Assembly: GCA_028693955.1 (NCBI GenBank)
Contig: JAQUUH010000002.1
Span: 75,264 to 129,838, forward strand
Origin: Bacilli bacterium
GTDB taxonomy: Bacteria > Bacillota_I > Bacilli_A > RFN20 > UBA1709
Length of the DNA stretch: 54,575 bases
Direction: 5' to 3'
The notes below the pieces were generated by a model that saw only the letters and a list, made by a program, of their open reading frames with translations, did not search any database and was not told the origin of the DNA. Positions 18,167-31,182 of this stretch are shown here, one piece after another; position 1 is the stretch's first letter, and every line of letters starts with the position of its first letter. Made by a program: the position numbers and the translations under genes.

Positions 18167-19143
18167 TCTTCTTTTTTTATTGCAGATGATGAATAGATAT
18201 TAGAAATATTTTTATTGGGGAAGATATAATGATTTATTGCTGTGATTGCTGTTGCTGCTTCTCCAAAGCCTACAGCGATAGTTTTTAGTTTACCTTTATA
18301 AGTTACTGCATTTCCGCATGCATAAATTCCATCACAAGATGTTGACATATCACTATTTACAATAAAAGATCCTTGTTCCACATTAATATTAATCTCATTA
18401 AATTTGTTTTTACTAGGCAAGAATCCATAGTTTACTAAAATATAGTCAGCTGTTATTGTTTCTTCTTTTTCAGTTTCTTTGTTTTTTATAATTATTTCTT
18501 GTACAAGATTGTTTTTTAAAATAAGTTTTATAACTTCATAAGGAGTTTTAATGATTCCCTTTTTGTTTTTGAATTTTTCAATTGTTTTTTCATGAGCCCT
18601 AAATTCATTTCTTCGATGAATAATTGTAGTATCAATTCTATTTTCTAGAAGCATAACTCCCCAATCTAGAGCAGAATCTCCTCCACCAAGAACAACAACT
18701 TTTTTGTTTTTGAAAATTTCTATAGAATCAATTTTATAAAGTATATTTTCAGCATCATTTCCTTCAATAGTCAATTTTCTTGGAGTAAAATTGCCGTTTC
18801 CTGTTGCAAAAAGTATGGTTTTGCATTCTATTTTTTGCTTACTTGTCAATATTTCATAGCCCTTTTCTATTTTTTTTATTGAATAGAGTTCATTATTTAA
18901 ATAAAGAGGAATCTCATTTATGAATTGTTTATATTGCATATACACCTGATTAACAACATCTTTTGCTTTTATTGATGTTTGTGTTGGTATATCAAATATT
19001 TCTTTATCCTTGTAAAGGGTAGTTAATTGCCCTCCAACATATGGTAATGATTCTATTATGCATCCATTTAGTTTTCGCATTCCAGCATAAAAACCCGCAA
19101 AAAGACCAATAGGACCACTACCAACAATAACTACATCAAGCAT
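18163..19143 (-). CDS. Ferredoxin-NADP+ reductase, TrxB-like (YumC type)
   Basis: VGSGPIG and GGGDSA dinucleotide motifs, LPYVGGQLTTLY. No redox-active CxxC, which argues against a true thioredoxin reductase. Confidence 0.8.
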   Translation of the reverse strand: MLDVVIVGSGPIGLFAGFYAGMRKLNGCIIESLPYVGGQLTTLYKDKEIFDIPTQTSIKAKDVVNQVYMQYKQFINEIPLYLNNELYSIKKIEKGYEILTSKQKIECKTILFATGNGNFTPRKLTIEGNDAENILYKIDSIEIFKNKKVVVLGGGDSALDWGVMLLENRIDTTIIHRRNEFRAHEKTIEKFKNKKGIIKTPYEVIKLILKNNLVQEIIIKNKETEKEETITADYILVNYGFLPSKNKFNEININVEQGSFIVNSDMSTSCDGIYACGNAVTYKGKLKTIAVGFGEAATAITAINHYIFPNKNISNIYSSSAIKKED

Positions 19144-19245
19144 AGAGTACCTCCTTTTTTTGATATATAATTATATTACAATAATTTAGTGATTTTTGGT
19201 AGAATTATGTTATCATGATTAAGTTAATAAATGGAGATGTTATTT

Positions 19246-19710
19246 ATGGAATGGCAAATTGTAACTAAAAATGAGCAAGAAACTCAAGAATTTGCTAATT
19301 ATCTTTCAAATTTTGTTTATAAAGGTCTAGTTATTTTGCTTTATGGAGATTTAGGTGCTGGTAAAACAACTTTTACTAAAGGGTTAGCCTCAGGCTTAAA
19401 TATAAAAGAAACAATTAATAGTCCGACTTTTAATATTGTTAAATGTTATTTTAAAGGTGATATTAATTTATTTCATATAGATGCATATAGATTAGAAAAT
19501 AATAAACAAGATATAGGTTTAGATGAATATATATATGGAGATGGTATTTGTGTTATTGAGTGGCCAAACTATATTGATTATTTATTACCTAAAGAGTATT
19601 TGATGATTAATATAATACCCTTAAGCAAAAATAAAAGAAAAATTATTTTAACTTCTAATGATATAAAAAATGATAAAATTATAAAGGAAGTGAAAAAATA
19701 TGGGGCATAA
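19246..19710 (+). CDS. tsaE: tRNA t6A37 threonylcarbamoyl system ATPase TsaE
   Basis: GDLGAGKTTFTKG P-loop and SPTFNIV motif. ATG 19246 preferred (GGAG at 19233-19236). Confidence 0.85.
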   Translation: MEWQIVTKNEQETQEFANYLSNFVYKGLVILLYGDLGAGKTTFTKGLASGLNIKETINSPTFNIVKCYFKGDINLFHIDAYRLENNKQDIGLDEYIYGDGICVIEWPNYIDYLLPKEYLMINIIPLSKNKRKIILTSNDIKNDKIIKEVKKYGA

Positions 19711-20287
19711 ATTAATTATTGATACATCTAATAGATTATTATCTATAGGAATAGCAGATGACAACAAGGTTATATATAAAAAGCAATATGAGGCTTGGCA
19801 AAAACAATCTGAATTCACAATAAAAGAAATTGATAATGCTTTAAAAAACTTGAAATTATCGCTTTCTTCTTTTGATGAAATAATTGTGGGCAAAGGACCT
19901 GGGTCATATACAGGGATTAGAATCGCATTAACAATAGGTAAAGTTATGGCATATGCTTTAAGTATTCCTTTAAAAACTATCTCTTCTTTGCAAATGCTTT
20001 GCGGATTAATGCCAAGATGCTTAGCAATTATTGATGCAAGAAGTAATCGAGCATATATAGGATTATATGATAAAGGTAAAGCTATAAAGGGTGATAGTAT
20101 TCAATATTTACAAGATATTGAAAATATCGCCGAAGAAAATGAAATTATTAACTTTGTAGGAGAAACAAATTTAATTAACAAAGAGGTTTATGATGTAGAT
20201 ATTGTAGAGAATATGTATTTAATAAGTAAACTAATTACTCCCGAAGTGAATGTTAATATTGTAACGCCACAATATTTAAAAGGTTAG
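19700..20287 (+). CDS. tsaB: tRNA t6A37 threonylcarbamoyl system protein TsaB
   Basis: GPGSYTGIRIALT motif. Sits between tsaE and rimI as in most Bacillota. Confidence 0.8.
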   Translation: MGHKLIIDTSNRLLSIGIADDNKVIYKKQYEAWQKQSEFTIKEIDNALKNLKLSLSSFDEIIVGKGPGSYTGIRIALTIGKVMAYALSIPLKTISSLQMLCGLMPRCLAIIDARSNRAYIGLYDKGKAIKGDSIQYLQDIENIAEENEIINFVGETNLINKEVYDVDIVENMYLISKLITPEVNVNIVTPQYLKG

Positions 20288-20299
20288 GAGAGATTTATT

Positions 20300-20773
20300 A
20301 TGATTGTAAGAGAAATGAATATTGATGATATAAAAAAAGTAAAAGAAATAGAAGATCAAGTGTATAAAGTCCCTTGGACAAATACGATGTTTTTAAATGA
20401 AATAATTTCTAATAAATTTGCCTATCTTTTTGTTTTAGAAAATAATAATGAAATAATTGGCTATAGTGGTGTTTGGATTGTGGCTGATACAGCCACTATA
20501 ACAAAAGTAACGGTTTCTAAAGAATATCAAGGTAAGGGATTGGGAGATATTTTAATTGAAGATTTAATAAATCGAGTTAAAAGTGTAAAATGCGCTTATG
20601 TTTCTTTAGAAGTTAGAGTGTCCAATACCAAAGCTTTCAATCTATATAAAAAATATGCTTTTAAACAAGTGGCTGTTAGGAAAAAATATTATAATGATGG
20701 TGAAGATGCATATGCAATGGTGAAATATTTTAAGGATGGAGAAGACTATGAAGAAACTTATATTGGGAATTGA
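20300..20773 (+). CDS. rimI: Ribosomal-protein-alanine N-acetyltransferase RimI (GNAT)
   Basis: GNAT acetyl-CoA motif YQGKGLGDIL. Conserved tsaB-rimI-tsaD context. Confidence 0.8.
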   Translation: MIVREMNIDDIKKVKEIEDQVYKVPWTNTMFLNEIISNKFAYLFVLENNNEIIGYSGVWIVADTATITKVTVSKEYQGKGLGDILIEDLINRVKSVKCAYVSLEVRVSNTKAFNLYKKYAFKQVAVRKKYYNDGEDAYAMVKYFKDGEDYEETYIGN

Positions 20774-21776
20774 AACTAGTTGTGATGAAACTAGTATCGC
20801 AATAGTTGAGGGTGAAGATAAATTACTTTCAAATGTTGTTTCAAGTCAAATAAAAATACATGAAAAATATGGGGGAGTTATGCCAGAAATTGCTTCTAGA
20901 TTGCATGTAGAAAATATAAATATAGTTCTAGATCAAGCACTAAAAGAAGCAAATGTTAAACTTGAAGATATTTCTGCTTTTGCTTTTACAAGAGGGCCAG
21001 GATTAATAGGAGCTTTACATGTTGGGGCTCAAGCTGCTAAAACTTTAGCTTTAACATATAATGTCCCTTTAATTGGAGTCCACCATATTGCAGGTCATAT
21101 ATATGCTAATAAATATATTAAAGAAATCTCTTATCCATGCTTGGCTTTAGTTGTTTCTGGAGGGCATACAGAACTTGTTTATATGAAAAAAGAGTTAAAT
21201 TTTAAAGTTATTGGTAAGACTCAAGATGATGCAATTGGAGAAGCATATGATAAAGTAGCAAGAGTTCTAGGACTAACTTATCCTGGAGGACCACAGATAG
21301 ATAGATTAGCAAAAAAGGGGAAACCATTCTATAAATTGCCAATTCCCCATACTAAAAATCCTTTAGATGTGTCTTATAGTGGGCTTAAGACTTCAGTAAT
21401 AAATATAGTTCATAATATAGAACAAAAAGGTGAAAAAATTAATGTTGAAGATATGTGTTATGCCTTTCAATTGAGGGCTATAGATTTAATAATAGATAAA
21501 GTAATACTTGCTCTTAAAAAATACGATGATATAAAGCAAGTAGTCGTTGCTGGTGGAGTAGCGGCAAATTCATATTTAAGAGAGAAATTACCATTAAGGG
21601 TTAACAAATTTAACAAACAAATTGATGTTGTAGTTCCTCCTATGTGGTGTTGCACAGATAATGCAGCAATGATAACTATTTTAGCAAGTAAATTGTATGA
21701 GATTAAGAAATTTGATGATTTAAGTATTGGAGTAGATCCAAACTGGTCAATAGAAGATGCACTAGAAATAATATAG
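20748..21776 (+). CDS. tsaD: tRNA N6-adenosine threonylcarbamoyltransferase TsaD
   Basis: ILGIETSCDETS N-terminus and HHIAGH metal site. ATG 20748 preferred (GGAG 20738-20741). Overlaps the rimI end. Confidence 0.92.
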   Translation: MKKLILGIETSCDETSIAIVEGEDKLLSNVVSSQIKIHEKYGGVMPEIASRLHVENINIVLDQALKEANVKLEDISAFAFTRGPGLIGALHVGAQAAKTLALTYNVPLIGVHHIAGHIYANKYIKEISYPCLALVVSGGHTELVYMKKELNFKVIGKTQDDAIGEAYDKVARVLGLTYPGGPQIDRLAKKGKPFYKLPIPHTKNPLDVSYSGLKTSVINIVHNIEQKGEKINVEDMCYAFQLRAIDLIIDKVILALKKYDDIKQVVVAGGVAANSYLREKLPLRVNKFNKQIDVVVPPMWCCTDNAAMITILASKLYEIKKFDDLSIGVDPNWSIEDALEII

Positions 21777-21802
21777 ACAATTCAAAATTAAACACTTATA
21801 AT
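21774..21802 (+). promoter_or_regulatory. Promoter of the asnS leader
   Basis: TAGACA (21774-21779), 17-nt spacer, TATAAT (21797-21802). Confidence 0.5.
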
Positions 21803-21821
21803 TAAAATACAAATACGATGA

Positions 21822-22017
21822 TAAAAGACAAACTATTTAAAAGGTATCAGCGAGTCCTAATTGTGGTGAAAAGAGGATTATTAGCTAAATAGGGAGAACA
21901 CTTTTGGAGTAGGAGATTTAATTTCTCTCGCCACCAGCGTTAAAGGTTTAAAGAGCGCACAAAAGAGGCGAACTAGGATGGTACCGCGATATATTCGTTC
22001 CTAGGGACCTCTTTTTA
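21822..22017 (+). promoter_or_regulatory. T-box leader (Asn specifier AAC) with terminator/antiterminator
   Basis: AGCGA (AG-bulge box), GGTGAAA distal loop, CTATTTA/TAAATAG helix, specifier loop GGAGAACA with AAC at 21897-21899. T-box AACTAGGATGGTACCGCG at 21971-21988. Terminator AGAGG..CTAGGA / TCCTAG..CCTCT + T5 (21964-22017). Confidence 0.88.
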
Positions 22018-22036
22018 TATTTAAGGAGGGCTTTAT

Positions 22037-23431
22037 ATGCTTGAATTTAAAACTGTTAGAGAACTTTATGAAACATCAATATCTGGAAGTCAACTAGAAA
22101 AAGATTCAATTGATATGGTAGAGATTGAAGGATGGGTTAGAACCAATAGATATAATGGATCTATTGGATTTATTGAATTAAATGATGGGACTTATTTTAA
22201 AAATTCTCAGGTTGTTTATGATGCAAAAATTAACAATATTGAAGAATTAAAGAAAATCAATACTGGTGTGGCAATAAAAGTCATTGGGAAATTTTGTTTA
22301 ACTCCAGATGCAAAGCAACCTTTTGAGATTAAAGCAAACGAGGTTATTGTTGAAGGAGAATGTGATAGCGATTATCCATTACAAAAGAAAAGACATGGCT
22401 TTGAGTTTTTAAGAGAAGTTGCTCATTTGCGTCCAAGAACAAACACATTTAGTGCAGTTTTTAGAGTTAGATCAGTGTTATCAATGGCCATACATGAATT
22501 TTTTCAATCCCAAGGATTTGTTTATGTACACTCTCCAATAATTACAAGCAATGATGCCGAAGGAGCAGGAGAAGAATTCATAGTTACTACAAGAGAAGAT
22601 GGAAATTATGAAAAAGATTTTTTTGGTAAAAAAGCAGGTCTTACTGTTTCGGGGCAATTAAATGCAGAGGCTTTTGCACTAGCTTTTAGAGATGTTTATA
22701 CTTTTGGGCCAACATTTAGGGCAGAAAATTCGAATACAACAAGACATGTTGCAGAATTTTGGATGATTGAACCAGAGATTGCTTTTGCAGATTTAGAAGA
22801 TGACATGGATTTAGCAGAGGATATGGTTAAATATTGCATTAATTATGTTATTGAAAATTGTCCAGCAGAGATGGAGTTTTTCAATACAATGATTGATAAA
22901 GGACTTCTTGAAAGATTGAATCATGTAGCAAATAGTGATTTTGTTAAAATGACTTATACTAAAGGTATTGAATTGTTACAAGATGCAGTAAAAAAAGGCT
23001 ATAAATTTGAAAACCCAAATATTACTTGGGGGATGGATTTGCAATCAGAACATGAACGTTACTTATGTGAGAAGATAATTAATGGGCCAATGTTTTTAAC
23101 TGATTATCCAAAAGATATAAAAGCATTCTATATGAGGTTAAATGATGATAACAAAACAGTTGCAGCCTGCGATTTATTAGTTCCTTCAATTGGAGAATTA
23201 ATTGGAGGATCGCAAAGAGAAGAAAGGTATGATTATTTGCAAAAAAGAATGAATGAACTAGGGATGTCTAGGTCAGGACTTGAATGGTATTTAGATTTAA
23301 GAAGATATGGCGGAGTAAAACATGCTGGTTATGGGTTGGGTTTTGAAAGATTTTTAATGTATATTACTGGTATTCAAAATATACGTGATGTAATTCCATT
23401 TGCTCGAACAAGTGGAAATATATCTTTCTAA
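22037..23431 (+). CDS. asnS: Asparagine--tRNA ligase
   Basis: Class IIb aaRS: OB-fold N-domain, motif 2 [17 protein letters not shown], motif 3 GLGFERF. Asn T-box upstream. Confidence 0.92.
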   Translation: MLEFKTVRELYETSISGSQLEKDSIDMVEIEGWVRTNRYNGSIGFIELNDGTYFKNSQVVYDAKINNIEELKKINTGVAIKVIGKFCLTPDAKQPFEIKANEVIVEGECDSDYPLQKKRHGFEFLREVAHLRPRTNTFSAVFRVRSVLSMAIHEFFQSQGFVYVHSPIITSNDAEGAGEEFIVTTREDGNYEKDFFGKKAGLTVSGQLNAEAFALAFRDVYTFGPTFRAENSNTTRHVAEFWMIEPEIAFADLEDDMDLAEDMVKYCINYVIENCPAEMEFFNTMIDKGLLERLNHVANSDFVKMTYTKGIELLQDAVKKGYKFENPNITWGMDLQSEHERYLCEKIINGPMFLTDYPKDIKAFYMRLNDDNKTVAACDLLVPSIGELIGGSQREERYDYLQKRMNELGMSRSGLEWYLDLRRYGGVKHAGYGLGFERFLMYITGIQNIRDVIPFARTSGNISF

Positions 23432-23436
23432 ATTAT

Positions 23437-23571
23437 ATGTTTAGAAGCGAAGAAGAAAAAAGAACCAGCAAAAGACGAGTAAATCTCTTATTGATAATTG
23501 TGAATATTTTATTATTTGCTTATTTATTTTACACAATATTTTTTAATATATTACCAAGTATATTTTCTTAA
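23437..23571 (+). CDS. Possible 44-aa single-TM peptide (below the ORF-track cutoff)
   Basis: ATG 5 nt after the asnS stop. MFRSEEEKRTSKRRVNLLLIIVNILLFAYLFYTIFFNILPSIFS*. No recognisable RBS. Confidence 0.2.
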   Translation: MFRSEEEKRTSKRRVNLLLIIVNILLFAYLFYTIFFNILPSIFS

Positions 23572-23588
23572 ATGAAAAGAGTGATAAG

Positions 23589-24236
23589 ATGGCAAAAAGA
23601 TATAAGTATGCAATTATTATAGATACAGAATTTGTTTCTTCAAAAGAAGGTGCTCAACCATTTCAAATTTCAATGCTAGCCTTCAAGATAGAAAACAGTA
23701 AATTAATTAAATTAAATGATTTTAATGCTTTTATTATGTTAAGAAAAGGATTGAAACTTAATTATTTTGCTAAAAAATGTACTGGAATAACAGATGAAAA
23801 GCTAAAAAAAAATGGCATCTATCCAGACATGGCTACACATCAGGTAATAAATTATTTATTAATGTTTAATATCGAAGAAACAATAATAATTGGGTGGGCT
23901 CCAAGTAATGATAAAAGAATGCTTGATTTATTGATTAATCATGAAGAACCCATGATTGATTTAGAAAGCTTTGATTGGTTTGATTTGTCAAAATCATATT
24001 TATCATTAAATAAAATTGCTACAAAAGAAACGCCTTCACTTGCAAGTGTAATAGATTTTTATCATTTAAGAGGATATAGTTTCCATGATTCTATGGAAGA
24101 TGCTAGAGCAACAGCAACACTATTTTGTTTATTTTTAAAAGAATATGGGATTGATAAAACAATATATGAATGTATGCAAAAACCTAAAAAAAACAAAAAT
24201 ATAAATAGAAAGAAAAAAGATGCTATTTTAGTGTAG
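23589..24236 (+). CDS. DEDDh 3'-5' exonuclease (KapD/ERI-1-like)
   Basis: ExoI IIIDTEF, ExoII GWAPSNDKRML, ExoIII FHDSMEDARA (H-x4-D). Lys-rich C-terminal tail. Confidence 0.75.
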   Translation: MAKRYKYAIIIDTEFVSSKEGAQPFQISMLAFKIENSKLIKLNDFNAFIMLRKGLKLNYFAKKCTGITDEKLKKNGIYPDMATHQVINYLLMFNIEETIIIGWAPSNDKRMLDLLINHEEPMIDLESFDWFDLSKSYLSLNKIATKETPSLASVIDFYHLRGYSFHDSMEDARATATLFCLFLKEYGIDKTIYECMQKPKKNKNINRKKKDAILV

Positions 24237-24672
24237 CATCTTTTAAATAGTTTTCAATTTCTTTTTTAACATCTTGGGGTTTGGATAAATAATCAAGAAT
24301 TAATTTTTCTTTATTTTTTCCATAAACTACAACATTTAAACTTTCAATAGTAATTTTGCTTATGTCTTTTATTGCAATTTTATCTAGCTTATTTGGCCTA
24401 TTAAATTTATGATAATGGATATCTTGGGCGGTTATAAAAAAATATGATCCTTTTTTTTCGCTAATTATATGGTAGATTAAGAATATTAAAAGTCCAACTA
24501 AAATTAAAGTCACTTCAAAAACAATATCGCTATTATAAAAAGTTTCTAAAAAATATTGAGGTAAAAATATAAGTATTATTATAATTACTACTACAGAAGG
24601 AGTGGAATTTGTAATTATTCTTAAAAGAGATAGTTTTTTGTGATACAATATCTTTTCTTTATTGGAATCCAC
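24223..24672 (-). CDS. 2-TM protein with C-terminal bacterial PH (bPH/YdbS-like) domain
   Basis: Two TM helices, then YFFITAQDIHYHKF..IAIKDISKITIE..VVVYGKNKEKLILDYL, matching the bPH beta-sandwich pattern. Overlaps the upstream stop by 14 nt. Confidence 0.5.
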   Translation of the reverse strand: MDSNKEKILYHKKLSLLRIITNSTPSVVVIIIILIFLPQYFLETFYNSDIVFEVTLILVGLLIFLIYHIISEKKGSYFFITAQDIHYHKFNRPNKLDKIAIKDISKITIESLNVVVYGKNKEKLILDYLSKPQDVKKEIENYLKDATLK

Positions 24673-25303
24673 GATTATTTCCTCCCATATTATCTAAATT
24701 CTTTCCAAAAGCTTTTGAAGAAACTTTATTTGAACGATCAATTTTGGCAGAAAAGCTAAAGCATGTACCAATTAAATTTAAACCACACCATAAACTTATT
24801 ATGAAGGCAACATAAGTTACATAACCATTTAAAGTTAAATAAATAACTGGTGGGGTTTTTATAAAAGGCCAATCAGAGATTATAGTTAATCCAAACATTT
24901 TTGTTGTTGGCCATTCAATTTCTAAAAATAAATCGTCAAGTATTTTCCATATAGTATTCCAGTCACCACTAAGAAAAGTGCTAACATATATTATTAGTGC
25001 AATCGCCATCAATATAAAGACTCTTAATGCCCAGCGATTATTTAAGTATAATTTTTTTGTTTCTCTTTTGAAGACATAACTTCTAAATTGAAAAGGAGTA
25101 GTTATAATCTTATAACTTACTAAATCATACATATAGTTATCTATTTCTCTGCCTTTTCTATCTTTTATTGATAAAAGCAATCTGGCAATAAGTCCTAAAA
25201 GAAGCAAGATACCTAAAAGAATAATGGCAATTATTCCTATTGCCTTTTTTTCTTTTTCGTTTAATTGTACTAATAAAGGTAAATATATCAATAAATTATT
25301 CAT
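24659..25303 (-). CDS. Polytopic membrane protein, unknown function
   Basis: About 4 TM. ATG 25303 (MNNLLIYLP) preferred: it has AAGGATGGTGA upstream and overlaps the upstream stop (ATGAATAA). The ORF-track start is 25333. Confidence 0.5.
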   Translation of the reverse strand: MNNLLIYLPLLVQLNEKEKKAIGIIAIILLGILLLLGLIARLLLSIKDRKGREIDNYMYDLVSYKIITTPFQFRSYVFKRETKKLYLNNRWALRVFILMAIALIIYVSTFLSGDWNTIWKILDDLFLEIEWPTTKMFGLTIISDWPFIKTPPVIYLTLNGYVTYVAFIISLWCGLNLIGTCFSFSAKIDRSNKVSSKAFGKNLDNMGGNNRGFQ

Positions 25304-25703
25304 TATTATCACCATCCTTTTTTGTTTCATCAAACAAAGATGATTGATTCAAATTTTCCTGGTTTTGCTGTTGTTGATAATTATTATTTGTTCCTTGAGG
25401 AGGATAATAATTATTGTTTTGAGGAGGGAAGTTGTTTCCATATTGAGGAACGGTATTTATTGGTTGTGACATCATATTTTGTCTATATATTTCTTCTTTT
25501 TTCATAATTTCTTTTAGTTTTATTGTTTCCATATCATCATTTTTAAAACTTTTTCCAGTAAAGAATAATAGTAAACTAGATATTTCCAAAAATAGATAAA
25601 CAATAATTGCATACACAGCAAAAATTGCTAATCCTAGCACAACAAAAGGAGATAAAATTATAATTAAAAATCCGTATCCAACAGTTTTTAATAAAGCGGT
25701 CAT
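25296..25703 (-). CDS. 2-TM hairpin protein with Q/N/P/Y-rich C-terminal tail
   Basis: N-terminal TM hairpin, then QPINTVPQYGNNFPPQNNNYYPPQGTNNNYQQQQNQENLNQ, a low-complexity tail. Confidence 0.5.
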   Translation of the reverse strand: MTALLKTVGYGFLIIILSPFVVLGLAIFAVYAIIVYLFLEISSLLLFFTGKSFKNDDMETIKLKEIMKKEEIYRQNMMSQPINTVPQYGNNFPPQNNNYYPPQGTNNNYQQQQNQENLNQSSLFDETKKDGDNNE

Positions 25704-25736
25704 AAATCCACCTCGTTCTAATAAGTATATAATATA

Positions 25737-26609
25737 CTATTTCATATATTTTTTAAAATAATTAATTTTCAAGTAACGATAGATGCCATATATATAAATT
25801 GGAAGAAACATAGAATAAAGTGCTATAAGAATTTTGGTATCACCAATAAATTTCATTATTGGTAATGTAAATATTAAAAATGAGATAGCAATACTTGCTA
25901 ACATGATTTTAAAGTAGTCTTTTTTTATTATGAAAGCATATAGTAAAATTGGAAAAATCATTATTCCAGCGACAATAATTAAGAATGATTCTATTATTGA
26001 ATTAGCCGGAATTATTACTGCACAAATTGTTGTAACTATTGAGACAACAATAATTTTGTAATCAATAGATTCAAATTTCGGGAAATAGATGCTAAATTTT
26101 TTCAATTCATTTTTTAGGACATAGTGCATTATTGAAGATTGGAAAAAACAATAAACAATAAGTAAAGGTAAAGCGTATACTTTTCCACTTATTCCGATTA
26201 ATTTAAAAATATTTGTTAAAGAATGAATTAAATCAATATCGAATATTATAGATATTAAATAATTCATTAAGAAAAATGATAATATTTGTGTAAAAGAAAG
26301 AATATATATAGTTCGCAAATTATCTTTTTCTTTTTTGGCCAAAAAGCCATAAACTATTCCATTGATTAAAATAGGAATAATGTATAAAAGCGTTCCATAA
26401 AGATTAAATATGGAACAAACAATTAAGGTTCCAACAGCAAAAACCAAAGTATATTTTTTATTATTTTTTATAACATACATTGCACTAAAAAAAGGAGCAA
26501 TTAGCATTAATATTAATTCTGTTCCTGGTGCAAATTGAGAAATAAAAAGTATTATTAAGTGCAAAGCAATTAATAATCCAGCCAGTGTTAATGGATTGCT
26601 TTTTTTCAT
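25737..26609 (-). CDS. DUF2232/YybS-like polytopic membrane protein (second paralog in the window)
   Basis: ATG 26609 after AGAGGTG (the track's GTG is 26639). Aligns without gaps to the YybS-like protein at 37735: SIFNL..(x13)..GIVYGFL..IIFDIDL vs SFFNL..(x13)..GIVYGEL..NLFNYDI, at the same distance from the N-terminus. Confidence 0.55.
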   Translation of the reverse strand: MKKSNPLTLAGLLIALHLIILFISQFAPGTELILMLIAPFFSAMYVIKNNKKYTLVFAVGTLIVCSIFNLYGTLLYIIPILINGIVYGFLAKKEKDNLRTIYILSFTQILSFFLMNYLISIIFDIDLIHSLTNIFKLIGISGKVYALPLLIVYCFFQSSIMHYVLKNELKKFSIYFPKFESIDYKIIVVSIVTTICAVIIPANSIIESFLIIVAGIMIFPILLYAFIIKKDYFKIMLASIAISFLIFTLPIMKFIGDTKILIALYSMFLPIYIYGIYRYLKINYFKKYMK

Positions 26610-26713
26610 AAAAACACCTCTTAAAATATATGATAACACATTTAGTAATTTATGGAAAAGTACTACTTCATATGATAAAATAATATTGGAGAAATTAAGG
26701 ATGTGAAAAGGTG

Positions 26714-31114
<4,401 letters not shown>

Positions 31115-31182
31115 AAAAGTAAATTAATAATTACAAAATTTTAGCAATGTGATAAGATTTAATTACAAGGTCGGTGAAAAAT

